From positions 1-64,000 of the forward strand of contig JBEKYR010000018.1 of the NCBI GenBank assembly GCA_049510745.1: 64,000 nucleotides of DNA. The letters run 5' to 3'. Under the pieces are notes generated by a model that did no database searches, had not been told where the DNA came from, and saw nothing but the letters and a program-made list of their open reading frames with translations. Both the position numbers and the translations under genes were made by a program. This document shows, one piece after another, positions 19,746 through 30,106 of the stretch. Position 1 is the stretch's first letter. Each line of letters begins with the position of its first letter. This DNA is from Verrucomicrobiota bacterium. GTDB taxonomy: Bacteria; Verrucomicrobiota; Verrucomicrobiia; Limisphaerales; Palsa-1400.

Positions 19746-20470
19746 AAGGATTGTTCATCACGTTCGAGGGAACCGAAGGCAGCGGAAAATCCACCCAGAT
19801 CGCCCTTCTGGCCGGACGGCTGCGGGACCTGGGCCATGCCGTGCTGCTATTGCGCGAGCCGGGCGGCACGCCCATTGGCGAGGAAATCCGCCACACCCTC
19901 AAGCACAGCAACGCCAACCACGCCATGATGGCCGAGACCGAATTGCTCCTCATGAACGCCAGCCGGGCGCAGTTGGTCCGCGAAGTCATCCGGCCCGCCC
20001 TCCAAAGCGGCGCCATCATCTTGTGCGATCGCTTCTACGATTCCACCGTCGCCTACCAGGGATTTGGCCGCGGGCTGGATTCCGCCACCGTGCGCCAAAC
20101 CATCGCTTGCGCCGTCGGCGACACCCGGCCGGATTTGACCCTGTTGTTGATGGTGCCGGTGGAAGTCAGCGAAATGCGCCGTCGCGCCCGCCTTCTGCCC
20201 GGTCTGGAAATGGTCCGCGACCGCATGGAAGAAGCCGACCGCGCCTTCTTTCAGCGGGTCGAACAAGGCTACCGAAGCCTGGCCGCCGCCGAACCGGACC
20301 GGGTGCGGACCATCGACGCCACCGCCAGCCCGACGGCCGTCAGCCAGGAAATCTGGAACCGGGTGGCGCCCCTGCTGCAGGCAGTGGAGATCGGCGGGAA
20401 AAATCCCGTCGTTGACAATGCGGCCGCTTCCGCTACCGTAACCGTTCCGAAAAAGAAACTGAGCTTTTGA
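19742..20470 (+). CDS. tmk: dTMP kinase
   Basis: FITFEGTEGSGKST, REPGG and DRFYDSTVAYQG. Confidence 0.96.
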   Translation: MKGLFITFEGTEGSGKSTQIALLAGRLRDLGHAVLLLREPGGTPIGEEIRHTLKHSNANHAMMAETELLLMNASRAQLVREVIRPALQSGAIILCDRFYDSTVAYQGFGRGLDSATVRQTIACAVGDTRPDLTLLLMVPVEVSEMRRRARLLPGLEMVRDRMEEADRAFFQRVEQGYRSLAAAEPDRVRTIDATASPTAVSQEIWNRVAPLLQAVEIGGKNPVVDNAAASATVTVPKKKLSF

Positions 20471-20477
20471 ATTGATT

Positions 20478-20750
20478 ATGCCGAATACAAAATCAGCCGA
20501 GCGACGCATGCGCAACAGCGCGCGCAAGCATTTGCAAAACCACAGCGTCAAGGCCCGCCTCCACACTCTGGAAACCGGTTACGCCGCCCTCTTGAGCGCC
20601 GGCAAGAAAGACGAAGCCCTCAAGGCGCTGCCCCGGCTCAGTTCCGCCCTGGACAAGGCCGCCAAAACCGGCGTCATCCATCGCGCCCGCGCCAACCGCA
20701 CCAAGTCGCGCCTCCGCCTCCGCCTCAACGCCGTCAAGCCGGCCGCTTGA
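20478..20750 (+). CDS. rpsT: 30S ribosomal protein S20
   Basis: PNTKSAERRMR...LDKAAKTGVIH..RANRTKSRL. Confidence 0.95.
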   Translation: MPNTKSAERRMRNSARKHLQNHSVKARLHTLETGYAALLSAGKKDEALKALPRLSSALDKAAKTGVIHRARANRTKSRLRLRLNAVKPAA

Positions 20751-20809
20751 AGCGTTCCCCGCCCTGTTTCGGGGGTTGCGGTGTCCGGTGGGGTTGTGCT
20801 ACCTTTTCT

Positions 20810-21376
20810 ATGATGAGAGCCGCTGTATTCGTCGAAAGGGATGGGATTCTGAACCACGACTGCGTGGTTGGGAACAAGCCCGTTTCGCCGTTGTCCCTGG
20901 AACAATTGGCCCCCAGGACCGAGGCCATCGAACCGCTGCGCCAACTCAGCTCGGCGGGCTATCTGCTCATTGCCACCACCAACCAGCCCAAACTTTCCCG
21001 CGGCGAATTGTCCCGGCGCGAGTTGGACCGGATGCATGACGCGCTCCGGCGCATTTTCCGCCTGGACGACATTTTCATCTGCCCGCACGATGCCGCCGAT
21101 TTTTGCCCGTGCCGCAAACCCAAACCGGGCCTCTTAATGGAAGCCGCCTTCAAGTGGCACGTCAACCTGGACCAATCGTTTGTCCTGGGCAATAAATGGC
21201 AGGATGCCGAAGCGGCGCATAACGCCGGATGCACTTCCCTGTTGATCGCCTCGCCCTGGATCGGCCAGGGCCACCACGACATCGTCCTGCCGACGCTGGC
21301 GGAAGCGGCGCAAATGGTCGCGCGCCTTCACTCCGGCCACCGCACCCTGGCGGCGGCCGGCGTGAGTTCGTATTGA
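20810..21376 (+). CDS. GmhB/histidinol-phosphatase-like HAD-IIIA protein
   Basis: ERDG (DxD-like), TNQ and CPH...C.CRKPKPG. Confidence 0.85.
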   Translation: MMRAAVFVERDGILNHDCVVGNKPVSPLSLEQLAPRTEAIEPLRQLSSAGYLLIATTNQPKLSRGELSRRELDRMHDALRRIFRLDDIFICPHDAADFCPCRKPKPGLLMEAAFKWHVNLDQSFVLGNKWQDAEAAHNAGCTSLLIASPWIGQGHHDIVLPTLAEAAQMVARLHSGHRTLAAAGVSSY

Positions 21377-21380
21377 CTCC

Positions 21381-22247
21381 CTATTGGCTTTTCGCCGGCT
21401 CCAGCGGCGGCACGTCGCTTGCCATCGGGCGGCGCATGCCGCCGGCGACAAAAATCCGTCCATCGTCGCTCGCGCGCAGCCTCGGGCGCGTCTGGGCGTA
21501 ATCATGCGTCTGGCGCGCCAGAAGGCGCCCTTCCGGGCTGATGACCGAGTAGCTGAAGGCCCTGGCCCCGGTCTGGAGAAGCACGTGTAAATTGTTGGCC
21601 CGGTCGATTTGCGCCTCGGGGTCGCTGAAGGAAAGCATCGGCGCCAGCGGGAAGACCCGCAAAGTGTTTCCGTTGTCGTCGGTCAAACGGAAGTACAGTT
21701 TCAACTCGTCCAGATAAGGGACCTTAAGCAGGCTGTAGCGGCGTATCTCCGGCCGGGCGTTGGTCACGCCAGGAGCCGGCGGCACGCCGATTTGCAGGTT
21801 GCCCAGATTCGGCAGCGCCGTGCCGTTGGCCACCGTGAAGAAGGCCGGTTTGCACGTGATTTCCTCGCCCCACTGCGCCAGTTTTATCGTCGCTCCGATC
21901 CGGTAACGGCCCGGACGCCGGAAATCAAAATAAGGCGTCGGGTTCAACTCGCGCGAACCGCTTTGGCCGGAGAGCAACGTGAACGGGCCGCGGACGGGCA
22001 TGGCGCCCAGCTTGGAGGCAATGAAATTGTGCTCCCCGCCAATGTCAAAACTGATCCACGCGTCGTCCTGGCCCAGGGTCAGCGGCTGGCCGGAGCGGTT
22101 GGTGATGCGCACTTTCAACTGCAAATCCTCGCCCGGCAGGTATTGGTCCTGTTCCAGCCGCAACTCCGCCGTCACGCCGCTGACTTGCCCCCGCGCCGTC
22201 CCGGCGACGCCAGCAAGCAAGGCCAGCAGGAAAACGACTCTCTTCAT
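21381..22247 (-). CDS. Secreted hypothetical protein
   Basis: Signal peptide; long beta-rich ORF with normal codon usage. Confidence 0.7.
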   Translation of the reverse strand: MKRVVFLLALLAGVAGTARGQVSGVTAELRLEQDQYLPGEDLQLKVRITNRSGQPLTLGQDDAWISFDIGGEHNFIASKLGAMPVRGPFTLLSGQSGSRELNPTPYFDFRRPGRYRIGATIKLAQWGEEITCKPAFFTVANGTALPNLGNLQIGVPPAPGVTNARPEIRRYSLLKVPYLDELKLYFRLTDDNGNTLRVFPLAPMLSFSDPEAQIDRANNLHVLLQTGARAFSYSVISPEGRLLARQTHDYAQTRPRLRASDDGRIFVAGGMRRPMASDVPPLEPAKSQ

Positions 22248-22375
22248 GCCGCCCAGTCTAACCGCCAGGCCGCCCCCCTATCAAGCGCCAAAACCCACAC
22301 CTTTAACTCCGCTCATTGTCTCCGCGCTGTTGACCAACTGCTCCGCGGCGTGGCGTTTATTGTTGGCTTTGTTCA

Positions 22376-22792
22376 TCATCTGGCTCGCAAGAGCGCTTTG
22401 AATCCCGCTTGTTCGAAGTGCCGGTCTTCCGTCAACGCATCCGAAATCTTCTGCTGCTGCATGATGATAAAGGACGCGCAATCCGTCAGACTCCAGCCCT
22501 TATCGGCACGATGCTCGTAAAAAGCAACGGCTTGATGAAATTGCCCACTCGTTTGCTGAACAATGGAAACGGAAGGGCTGGATTTCAACGCCTGAGCAAG
22601 TTTGCTGGCGGCCTGGCGAAACACAGCGCCTTGTCCTGCAAAAGCGTTCACCACCTCCACCAGCACCATTTGGCTCGTGACCACTTGTGCGTCGGCGATG
22701 GATGCCGATTCTTCCTGTGCTCTCGTATGCAGCGGATCACGCGGATGAACCAGTGCGATCCAGTATCCTGCATCCGCGAAGATTCGTTTCAT
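22376..22792 (-). CDS. PIN-domain (VapC-like) toxin
   Basis: FADAGYW, VLVE, WSLTDC and TEDRHFEQAGF. Confidence 0.9.
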   Translation of the reverse strand: MKRIFADAGYWIALVHPRDPLHTRAQEESASIADAQVVTSQMVLVEVVNAFAGQGAVFRQAASKLAQALKSSPSVSIVQQTSGQFHQAVAFYEHRADKGWSLTDCASFIIMQQQKISDALTEDRHFEQAGFKALLRAR

Positions 22793-23217
22793 TCTTTGAC
22801 CTTCGGCGTGCCGTACAGATAGTGATCGAGATTCTTGGCCAGATCCGTCGGCACCTTGTCCCACTCTTCCTTCGGAATGGACTCGCCTAATTCAACAACC
22901 CGTTTCCAGAAGGGCTTCGATTCCTTTCGCGGGCGCTTTTCCCCCGCCGGCCTCACCCGCAGTTGTTTCACCGAAACGATCCGCCTGAGCTTGCCGCCCC
23001 GTTGAAACTCGCCGCGCCCGCGCAAATGCAATCGCCGGCTGGCGTGCTCTCGCAGCGCTTCGGTAATCATCCCCTCCTGGACGGGCGAAAATGTTCCACG
23101 CACCCGTGTCCCGTCAGACAAGCGCAAGATGAAAGTCCCATCGTCCAAATCCGCCGCGCGGATTTCCCCGGTCAAATTCACTGGCGCAGCCGGGCCGTTG
23201 GATCGTTTTTTCGTCAT
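22789..23217 (-). CDS. Putative antitoxin with N-terminal extension
   Basis: C-terminal EEWDKVPTDLAKNLDHYLYG is typical of PIN-associated antitoxins; overlaps the toxin start. Confidence 0.7.
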   Translation of the reverse strand: MTKKRSNGPAAPVNLTGEIRAADLDDGTFILRLSDGTRVRGTFSPVQEGMITEALREHASRRLHLRGRGEFQRGGKLRRIVSVKQLRVRPAGEKRPRKESKPFWKRVVELGESIPKEEWDKVPTDLAKNLDHYLYGTPKVKE

Positions 23218-23423
23218 AATAATCTGGCCTCAGACATTACCTGCAAACGCCTCCCGCAGCAAGGCCGCAAGCAGTTTCTTGATCGCGAAAAGGAGTCGAA
23301 CTCAACATTGAGCGCGGGTGTCGGCTTCCCCCAGCATCGCAGATTCACCGGCATCGTATGCCACAATGGGATTCAGGCAAGCCTGCGCTGGCACAGACCA
23401 CCAGCATGTTTTATCTGGTCCCG

Positions 23424-23789
23424 TCAAATCACTCCTGGATTCCGCGCCAGCACGTATTCCGCGACGACCCGGCCACCTCTCAGGTGCTCCTGGATGATTC
23501 GTTCCAAAACCGCGGGCGCGCACGAATGATACCAGACGCCCCCGGGATAGACCACCGCGATCGGCCCCCGCACGCACACGCGCAGGCAGTTGGCTTTGGT
23601 GCGATAGACGAGCCGTCGCGGGCCGGCCAGGTCGAGTTCCTTCAGGCGCCGTTTCAAATACTCCCACGACTCCAGCCCGGCTTCCTTGGCGCAACACTTC
23701 GGCTCCGTCTGGTCGGCGCAGAGAAAAATGTGGCACGCATAGCGGGATAACCCCAATACCTCGGCGGCCTTTTGCAATTCGTCGGGCAT
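23424..23789 (-). CDS. Thioredoxin-like [2Fe-2S] ferredoxin
   Basis: HIFLC...CC...CLRVC..GP..VVYP.GVWY. Confidence 0.9.
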   Translation of the reverse strand: MPDELQKAAEVLGLSRYACHIFLCADQTEPKCCAKEAGLESWEYLKRRLKELDLAGPRRLVYRTKANCLRVCVRGPIAVVYPGGVWYHSCAPAVLERIIQEHLRGGRVVAEYVLARNPGVI

Positions 23790-23790
23790 G

Positions 23791-25605
23791 TCAGGCCTGG
23801 TCGCTTCGGGCGGTGAGCGGCTCTTTTTTCAGGCGGCGCAGGTGTTGCGATTGCGTCAACAATTCGTTTTGCGCGGCCTCGTCCAAATCCGGCGCCGCCA
23901 GGCGCCGGCCGATGGATGCCAGTTGGCGCTCGATGTGTTTGTCACGAAGAATTTTTATCGCGCCCTCCCGCGTCGGCGAGCCTTTCAACACGCTGGCGGC
24001 ATCGGGGATGGGCCGGCTGTCGGCCAGGATTTCGGTCACCAGGCTTTGCCAGGCGGGGTCCTCCAGTTGCGTCAGCCAGGCGGCCGCGCCGGGCCACGAA
24101 TCGGCCGCGCGCAATCGCCGCGCCACGATCTCGCGCGCGACCGGATGCGGCAGCCATTCCAATTCCAAATGAGCCGCCACCCATTCGACGTGTTCGCCGC
24201 TCTCCAGAATCAGACGCAGCAGCCACCACTCCTGTTGGGACGGACGCTCGATCGGCGGGGCGGGAGACTCGCCGGCTTCCGCAGGCTCGGCGCTGGACGG
24301 GCGGGATGTTTTTCTAAACTCGTTCCGCACCGCCTCCGCCGCCACCCCCAGCCGCAGCGCGGTCTTTTGCGCGCAAGTGTCGCGCAGGACTTCGTTGCCG
24401 GATTTTTGGACGGCTTCGCCCATCGCCCGCACAATGGCGCTCCGGCCCCGGTCGCTGGCCGTGTCGTTGGTCGCGCACAACCGGTCCAGGTAATAATCGA
24501 AAAAGCCGGGCGCCTTTTCGATCAACCGCGCGAAGGCCGCCCCGCCCGATTCCTTGATGAAACTGTCCGGATCGTGCGGCGCCGGCACGCTCGCCACCCG
24601 GATGGCCAGGCCCGACGCCAGCAGGCTGTCCAGTGACCGCACGGCGGCGTTTTGCCCGGCGTTGTCGGAATCGAAGCACAGGACCACTTCATCGACGTAC
24701 CGCTTGAGAATGCGCGCGTGCTCGGCGGTCAGCGCCGTGCCTTGCGGCGCGACCACATTCTTGACACCGCCCATGAAACAGGCGATCAGGTCCAACTGCC
24801 CTTCGCAGACGACGGCGCAATGGGTGTCAAGCAAAGCCCGTTTCGATTTGTCCAATCCGAACATCACCTTGCCCTTGGTGAAAATCGGCGTCTCCGGCGA
24901 ATTGACGTACTTGGCCGTCTTCTCGTCGCCCGCCAGCACCCGCCCGCTGAAAGCGCACACCCGCCCCTGTTCGTCGCAGATCGGAAAAATGAGCCGGCCG
25001 CGAAAACGGTCGTAAAAATGCTCCGCCCCCTCCTTGCGGAGGATCAGCCCGGCCTGCTCCATCAACGCCAATTCGTAATGTTTGCCTTTGGCCCAGTTGA
25101 CCGTGTCGTCCCACGCGTCGGGCGCGTAACCGAGCCGAAAGAGTTGCGCCGCCTCGGCCGCGACGCCGCGGCGGCCCAAGTAATCGCGCGCGATGCCGCC
25201 GCCCTCGCCCGCGGCCAGCGCGCTCTGCCACCGCTGGGTGATCTGCTCGTGGATTTGGAACAACCGCTCCTTGAGGTGCCGGGTGTCCGCGCCGCCGGCC
25301 CGCTCATCCAATTCAATCGGAATCCGCGCCCGCTCGGCCAGCCGCCGCACCGCGTCCGGAAAACCGATGTTCTCGTACTCCTTGACGAACGTGAACACGT
25401 CGCCCCCCTTGTGGCAGCCGAAGCAATGAAAAATCTGCTTGTTCGGGTTGACGTTGAAGCTGGGGGTCTTTTCCTTGTGGAACGGGCACAGGGCGGTGAA
25501 ATTGGCCCCCGCCCGTTTGAGCGGCACATAGCTTCCGATCACCTCCACAATGTCGCTGGCGGCCCGGATTTGTTCGAGCGTTGCGGGAGAAAACATGCCG
25601 CCCAT
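23791..25605 (-). CDS. dnaG: DNA primase
   Basis: CPFH..KTPSF / CFGC zinc finger, [13 protein letters not shown] and FDSDNAG TOPRIM. Confidence 0.98.
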   Translation of the reverse strand: MGGMFSPATLEQIRAASDIVEVIGSYVPLKRAGANFTALCPFHKEKTPSFNVNPNKQIFHCFGCHKGGDVFTFVKEYENIGFPDAVRRLAERARIPIELDERAGGADTRHLKERLFQIHEQITQRWQSALAAGEGGGIARDYLGRRGVAAEAAQLFRLGYAPDAWDDTVNWAKGKHYELALMEQAGLILRKEGAEHFYDRFRGRLIFPICDEQGRVCAFSGRVLAGDEKTAKYVNSPETPIFTKGKVMFGLDKSKRALLDTHCAVVCEGQLDLIACFMGGVKNVVAPQGTALTAEHARILKRYVDEVVLCFDSDNAGQNAAVRSLDSLLASGLAIRVASVPAPHDPDSFIKESGGAAFARLIEKAPGFFDYYLDRLCATNDTASDRGRSAIVRAMGEAVQKSGNEVLRDTCAQKTALRLGVAAEAVRNEFRKTSRPSSAEPAEAGESPAPPIERPSQQEWWLLRLILESGEHVEWVAAHLELEWLPHPVAREIVARRLRAADSWPGAAAWLTQLEDPAWQSLVTEILADSRPIPDAASVLKGSPTREGAIKILRDKHIERQLASIGRRLAAPDLDEAAQNELLTQSQHLRRLKKEPLTARSDQA

Positions 25606-25619
25606 GGAGTGGAGCCGGT

Positions 25620-26291
25620 TTATTTTTTGCCCCCGCCCATGACTTCATTCAGCAATTGCTCTTTCTGGTGGGCAAGGGTCTCTCTTTTTTGGGCTTGCGC
25701 GGGCGTGATCGGATAGATCAGTATGGATTGGAGATTGGATTCAATCAAGCTGCCCGTAAACGACTCGAAGAGCACCGACTGCTGGATGGAGCCGTAGGTC
25801 GGAAAGCGAATATCGGAGAAATTGGTCGCCTGCATCTTTTCCGTCTGCGCCATTTCGGCTTTGGAGATGATGCGGGCGTGCATCAGAGCGATCACCACCA
25901 ACATCATGCACGCGAAGCGCACCGTCCCCGCCACCATGCCCAGATAATACTCCCACCGGCCAAATAGATCCGTGCCGCTGAGCTTTTCGCCAAACAGGTG
26001 TTTGAGGAACAAATAGACCAGATGCACCCCGAAGCCGATCAATATATACGCAAAGATATTCGACCATAGCAGGTCAAACTGGCAGTATTGACGCACCTGC
26101 ACGCTTACCGGACGGTAATACATGCCCGCCACAACCACAATGGCCACCCATTGCAGCACCGGCAATAGTTCCTGCGACATCCCGCGCTTGCGCCCCCGCA
26201 ACAGTCCAATAATGAGCCACACCACGACGATGATATCGAAATAATCGAACTTCACCCGGGCCAACTGCGGCGGCAATGCAGCCAAACACAT
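25620..26291 (-). CDS. CvpA-family membrane protein
   Basis: FDIIVVVWL..GLLRGRKRGMSQEL pattern; four TMs. Confidence 0.8.
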   Translation of the reverse strand: MCLAALPPQLARVKFDYFDIIVVVWLIIGLLRGRKRGMSQELLPVLQWVAIVVVAGMYYRPVSVQVRQYCQFDLLWSNIFAYILIGFGVHLVYLFLKHLFGEKLSGTDLFGRWEYYLGMVAGTVRFACMMLVVIALMHARIISKAEMAQTEKMQATNFSDIRFPTYGSIQQSVLFESFTGSLIESNLQSILIYPITPAQAQKRETLAHQKEQLLNEVMGGGKK

Positions 26292-26512
26292 ATTGAACCG
26301 TATCCTAGCAGTTTCCTTGCCGTTGGCGAGTCCTTTTTCACCCGCTCCCCCAACCGGGCGTCTTTCTCCCCCTTCGGATTACCATTCCTAATCCTAATCT
26401 TAATCCTAATCCTAATCCTGCCCCCCCTTTCCCAGGCCAAGACCAGGATTACGATCACGATTCCGATCAGGAACTGCCCAAAAAAGTGACACTCGCCCCC
26501 GTCAGCACCTCT

Positions 26513-28336
26513 TCAACGGCTCTCCCCCATCCATGCGCGGATGGCCCCGGCTTCGGCGTTCTGCGGGTCCAGCTCCAGCGCTTTGGCGTAATGTTGGCGC
26601 GCCAGTTTTGCCTTGTTCAGCTTTTCCGCGTACAACTTCCCCAGCAGCAGGTGGCCCCGGACTTCCTCCGGGTGCGCGGCCAGCAATTTGTCCAACTCCT
26701 TGGCCGCGTCCTCGTAGTAGCCGCGTTTTTGCAGCACCCAGGCAAACGCGTACCGCGCGTCGGCCGAGTCGCTCCGCAGCGTCAGCGCCCGGTGCAACGC
26801 TTCCAGCGCCGTCCTGCTATCCCCCGCGTCCAGCGCCGCCAGCCCAAGCGCCTGGTTGGCCTCAAAATACGTCGGATCGGCCCGGACGGCCTGCTGGTAA
26901 TCGCGCACGGCCTCGCTCAAACGCCCTTCCTGGCGTGCTTGCGCCCCTTCCTCGGTCCAACGCCGCGCTTGCGGGCGGTCGCCGGGAATGAGGATCACCG
27001 GCAAGGGATACTTGTAGCGGGCGCCCTTGGGCGCCAAAGGCGGCTCCGCCCCGGGCGTCCCGCCGCCGGGCGGCTCGACCGTCTTTGACTTGCCTGAAAA
27101 CCAGTGGAGCGGGTTGATTGCCTGCGCGAAGCTTTTTTGCGGGGGCGCGAGGGGCGGCGCAGCCACTGCCATTTCGACCGGGGCTTTGTTTGAATTGGAA
27201 GTATTGACAGGAGGGGATTGCGGGGCGGGGAAAACGACGGGCGCGCGGGCCGCCGGCGCGGGCGCCGGCGAAGGTTCCGCTGCTTTGGGCGGCGGCGTCG
27301 GTGGCGGCGCGGGCGTTGGCGCGGGCACGGAAACCGCGGCTTCCTCCGGCGGCGGCGGGCCGGTGGCCACCACCGGCGCTTTCACCGGCGGCGGTTCCAC
27401 GGTGACGGGCTTGGGCCGCGAAGGCGGCGCGTTGGTGGGGGGGGCGACATTCTGGGCCGGCGGCGCCGCTTGATGTTCCCGCGGCTCGGGCGTGATGGTG
27501 ATCCTGAGCTGCAAGTCCAATTGACGCGCCGTCTTCTCAACCTCCTTCGCGTGCGGCAGGGCCGGGTCGATCGCCAGATACTTGCGGTAGTTCTCCAGCG
27601 CTTGTCGCGGCTGATTCAGGTATTGCTGCTCCACAATGGCCAGGTTGAGCAACGCGGGCCAAAAGTGCGGATCTCGCTCCAACGCCAGTTGGAAATCCCG
27701 CGCGGCGGTTTTGATCGAATCCGCGTTGGGATACCGCCGTTGCAGTTCGATCACTCCCAAGGCGTTGGGGCCTTGCGCCGACACGCCCACCCTTTCGGCC
27801 ATCTCATAATCGTGCCGGGCGGCCTCCATCAGCACGTTGTGCTGCATCCCGCCCCGTTCCAGGGCCAGGTGATAGTGCGCCGCGCCCAATCGCAGGTAGC
27901 CGTTGACGTCCCGGGCGCGCAGCGCGACATACGTGGTCAGGTAATCAATCGCCCCAGGAAGATTGCCCTGGTCCATGCGCAGGCAGCCCAGATTGTAATC
28001 GGCGGCCACGTTGTTGCGGTCCAGCTTGAGCGCCCGCGCATAAGCCTCCGAAGCGGCGTCGAATTGTTTTGCGCCGTGATGCGCCAGACCGAGAAGGTTC
28101 CAAACCTTCGATTGCTGCGGGCCGGGCGCGGCCGTCAGTATTTGCGCCGCCTCTTTCAGCGGGCCAAGCGCGTCGGCAAACTGGCCCGCCTGCACCAATT
28201 GCTCCCCTTGCCGCGCTTCCTTCTCGCCGGGCGGGCCGCAACCCGTCAAAAGTGTCCCGGCGGCGGCGATGACGCCGAGGGTGCCGATGGCCCTCAACCT
28301 TTTTTTTGTCGTCATCATTGTCGAGGGTGGTAGCAT
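26513..28336 (-). CDS. TPR-repeat lipoprotein with Pro-rich linker
   Basis: LTGC lipobox; two TPR blocks separated by a Pro/Ala-rich segment. Confidence 0.85.
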   Translation of the reverse strand: MLPPSTMMTTKKRLRAIGTLGVIAAAGTLLTGCGPPGEKEARQGEQLVQAGQFADALGPLKEAAQILTAAPGPQQSKVWNLLGLAHHGAKQFDAASEAYARALKLDRNNVAADYNLGCLRMDQGNLPGAIDYLTTYVALRARDVNGYLRLGAAHYHLALERGGMQHNVLMEAARHDYEMAERVGVSAQGPNALGVIELQRRYPNADSIKTAARDFQLALERDPHFWPALLNLAIVEQQYLNQPRQALENYRKYLAIDPALPHAKEVEKTARQLDLQLRITITPEPREHQAAPPAQNVAPPTNAPPSRPKPVTVEPPPVKAPVVATGPPPPEEAAVSVPAPTPAPPPTPPPKAAEPSPAPAPAARAPVVFPAPQSPPVNTSNSNKAPVEMAVAAPPLAPPQKSFAQAINPLHWFSGKSKTVEPPGGGTPGAEPPLAPKGARYKYPLPVILIPGDRPQARRWTEEGAQARQEGRLSEAVRDYQQAVRADPTYFEANQALGLAALDAGDSRTALEALHRALTLRSDSADARYAFAWVLQKRGYYEDAAKELDKLLAAHPEEVRGHLLLGKLYAEKLNKAKLARQHYAKALELDPQNAEAGAIRAWMGESR

Positions 28337-28348
28337 CCGCCGCTGACG

Positions 28349-29419
28349 GTGTCAAGCGACGGTCATTTTGGTTTTCGGGCCAACCTCCTTCTTTGTGGCG
28401 TCTTCGCCCTCGGGGTGGGCGCCGCCGTTCTTTGCCCCGCGCAGGATGTCCCGCCCGGCGGACCGCCGGCCCGCGCCCGCGTCGTCACGGTGGAAGACTC
28501 CCGCGCGACCGACGCCTTCGCGGCCCGGCCCCAGATCGTCCACGAGATGCTCCGGCGCGCGATTTTGAAGTTCACCGGCAAGACCAACGTGGCCGCCGCC
28601 TGGCAATCGTTGCTTTCCCCCAAGGACGTCGTCGGCCTCAAGGTCTATTCCGAACCGGGGGCAAACAGCGGCACCCGCCCCGCCGTCGTCGAAGCCGTCT
28701 TGCAGGGTCTCCTGCAATCGGGCCTTCCGCCGACCAACATCATCATTTGGGACAAGCGCCTGGTCGATTTGCGCCTGGCCGGCTTCAACTCCCTGGCCGA
28801 CCGCTACAACGTCCGCCTCGCCGGCAGCTTCAATTCCGGCTACGACGACAAGGTCTTCTACGACAACCCCGTCGTCGGCTCCCTGGTCGCGGGCGACCTG
28901 GAATTCGACCGCGATGGCGCGAAAACCGGCCGCAAATCCTACGTCAGCCAACTCCTCACCCGCACGCTCACCAAAATCATCAGCGTTGCGCCCCTGCTCA
29001 ACCACAACGTTGCGGGCGTCTGCGGCCATCTTTACAGCGTCTCGATGGGGAGCATCGACAACACCATCCGCTTCGAAGCCGCCGCCGAACCCTTGGCCCG
29101 GGCCGTGCCGGAGGTCTATGCCCTGCCCGCCGTGGGCGACCACGTCGTCCTGTGCATCACCGACGCCCTGATTGGCCAATACCAGGGCGAACAACTGAGC
29201 CTCCTCCATTACTCCACCGAATTGAACCAGATATGGTTGAGCAAAGACCCGGTCGCCTCCGATGTCCTTGCCGTGCAGGAATTGGACCGGGAACGGCAGG
29301 CCCGCAACATCCTCTCGTTGGGCGGCAACGCCGCGCTCTTTCAAAACGCCGCCCTGCTCGAACTCGGCGTCGCCGACCCCGCCAAAATCCGCCTCGACCC
29401 CGTCCGCCCCACTCCATAG
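28349..29419 (+). CDS. DUF362-family protein
   Basis: DVVGLKV, GTRPAVVEAV and DPVASD motifs. Confidence 0.75.
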   Translation: MSSDGHFGFRANLLLCGVFALGVGAAVLCPAQDVPPGGPPARARVVTVEDSRATDAFAARPQIVHEMLRRAILKFTGKTNVAAAWQSLLSPKDVVGLKVYSEPGANSGTRPAVVEAVLQGLLQSGLPPTNIIIWDKRLVDLRLAGFNSLADRYNVRLAGSFNSGYDDKVFYDNPVVGSLVAGDLEFDRDGAKTGRKSYVSQLLTRTLTKIISVAPLLNHNVAGVCGHLYSVSMGSIDNTIRFEAAAEPLARAVPEVYALPAVGDHVVLCITDALIGQYQGEQLSLLHYSTELNQIWLSKDPVASDVLAVQELDRERQARNILSLGGNAALFQNAALLELGVADPAKIRLDPVRPTP

Positions 29420-29719
29420 CCGGAACCATGCAGTTACGTGGGGAGCGCGCGCGCCCTCGCGTGCCGTGGTTGGCGCCTCGCCAACCACATCCTGCCTCTG
29501 AGATCCTTTTCACTTTCCGGTGAAGCAGGTCATGCCACGCCAACCAGCGAGGGCGCCGGTTGGATGTACGCGATAGCGCGTGCCCTCCCCAATCCTTCTG
29601 CATCGTTCCAGCTTGGGGCTTGGGGACAAATGAATGAGTTTGGACTGGCCACTTGGCCTGTTTTCTGCATTAATCAGCGATGTCACGCTTTTCGAGCAAT
29701 TGCGGCAGCAGTCTGCACC

Positions 29720-29926
29720 ATGAAAAAGCGAACCGATTTATCTCTGACGCAAAAGGCGATGCGGGCCCTGGCTGACGCCGTGGCCAAAGTCGTCGCCGAC
29801 CATCAGCAGCACGGTCGTCCGCTCGCCGTCTGGCGGAATGGCGAAGCCGTCTGGATGTCTGTGGAAACCCCCGCCGCCCTGCGTGAAACGCCGGCGCCCT
29901 ACCGAACCAGGGAGTTAAAGGGCTGA
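29720..29926 (+). CDS. Small hypothetical protein
   Basis: ALADAVAKVVADH..GRPLAVWRNG.AVW resembles small TA-associated proteins. Confidence 0.55.
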   Translation: MKKRTDLSLTQKAMRALADAVAKVVADHQQHGRPLAVWRNGEAVWMSVETPAALRETPAPYRTRELKG

Positions 29927-30106
29927 AGGCCAAATGCTAAATGCTAAAAACATAATAATGAAAAGGATGCGTCTGAAAACGACTTTAGCCCCGAGCCTTC
30001 AGCCTTTAGCCTTTTCTGCTTGCGGCGCAGACCATTATCGCAACGCCGTGAACCAACTGCAATCGTTGCTGTATGCGGCATGACGATTGAGCCCGAGAAC
30101 TGAGAC

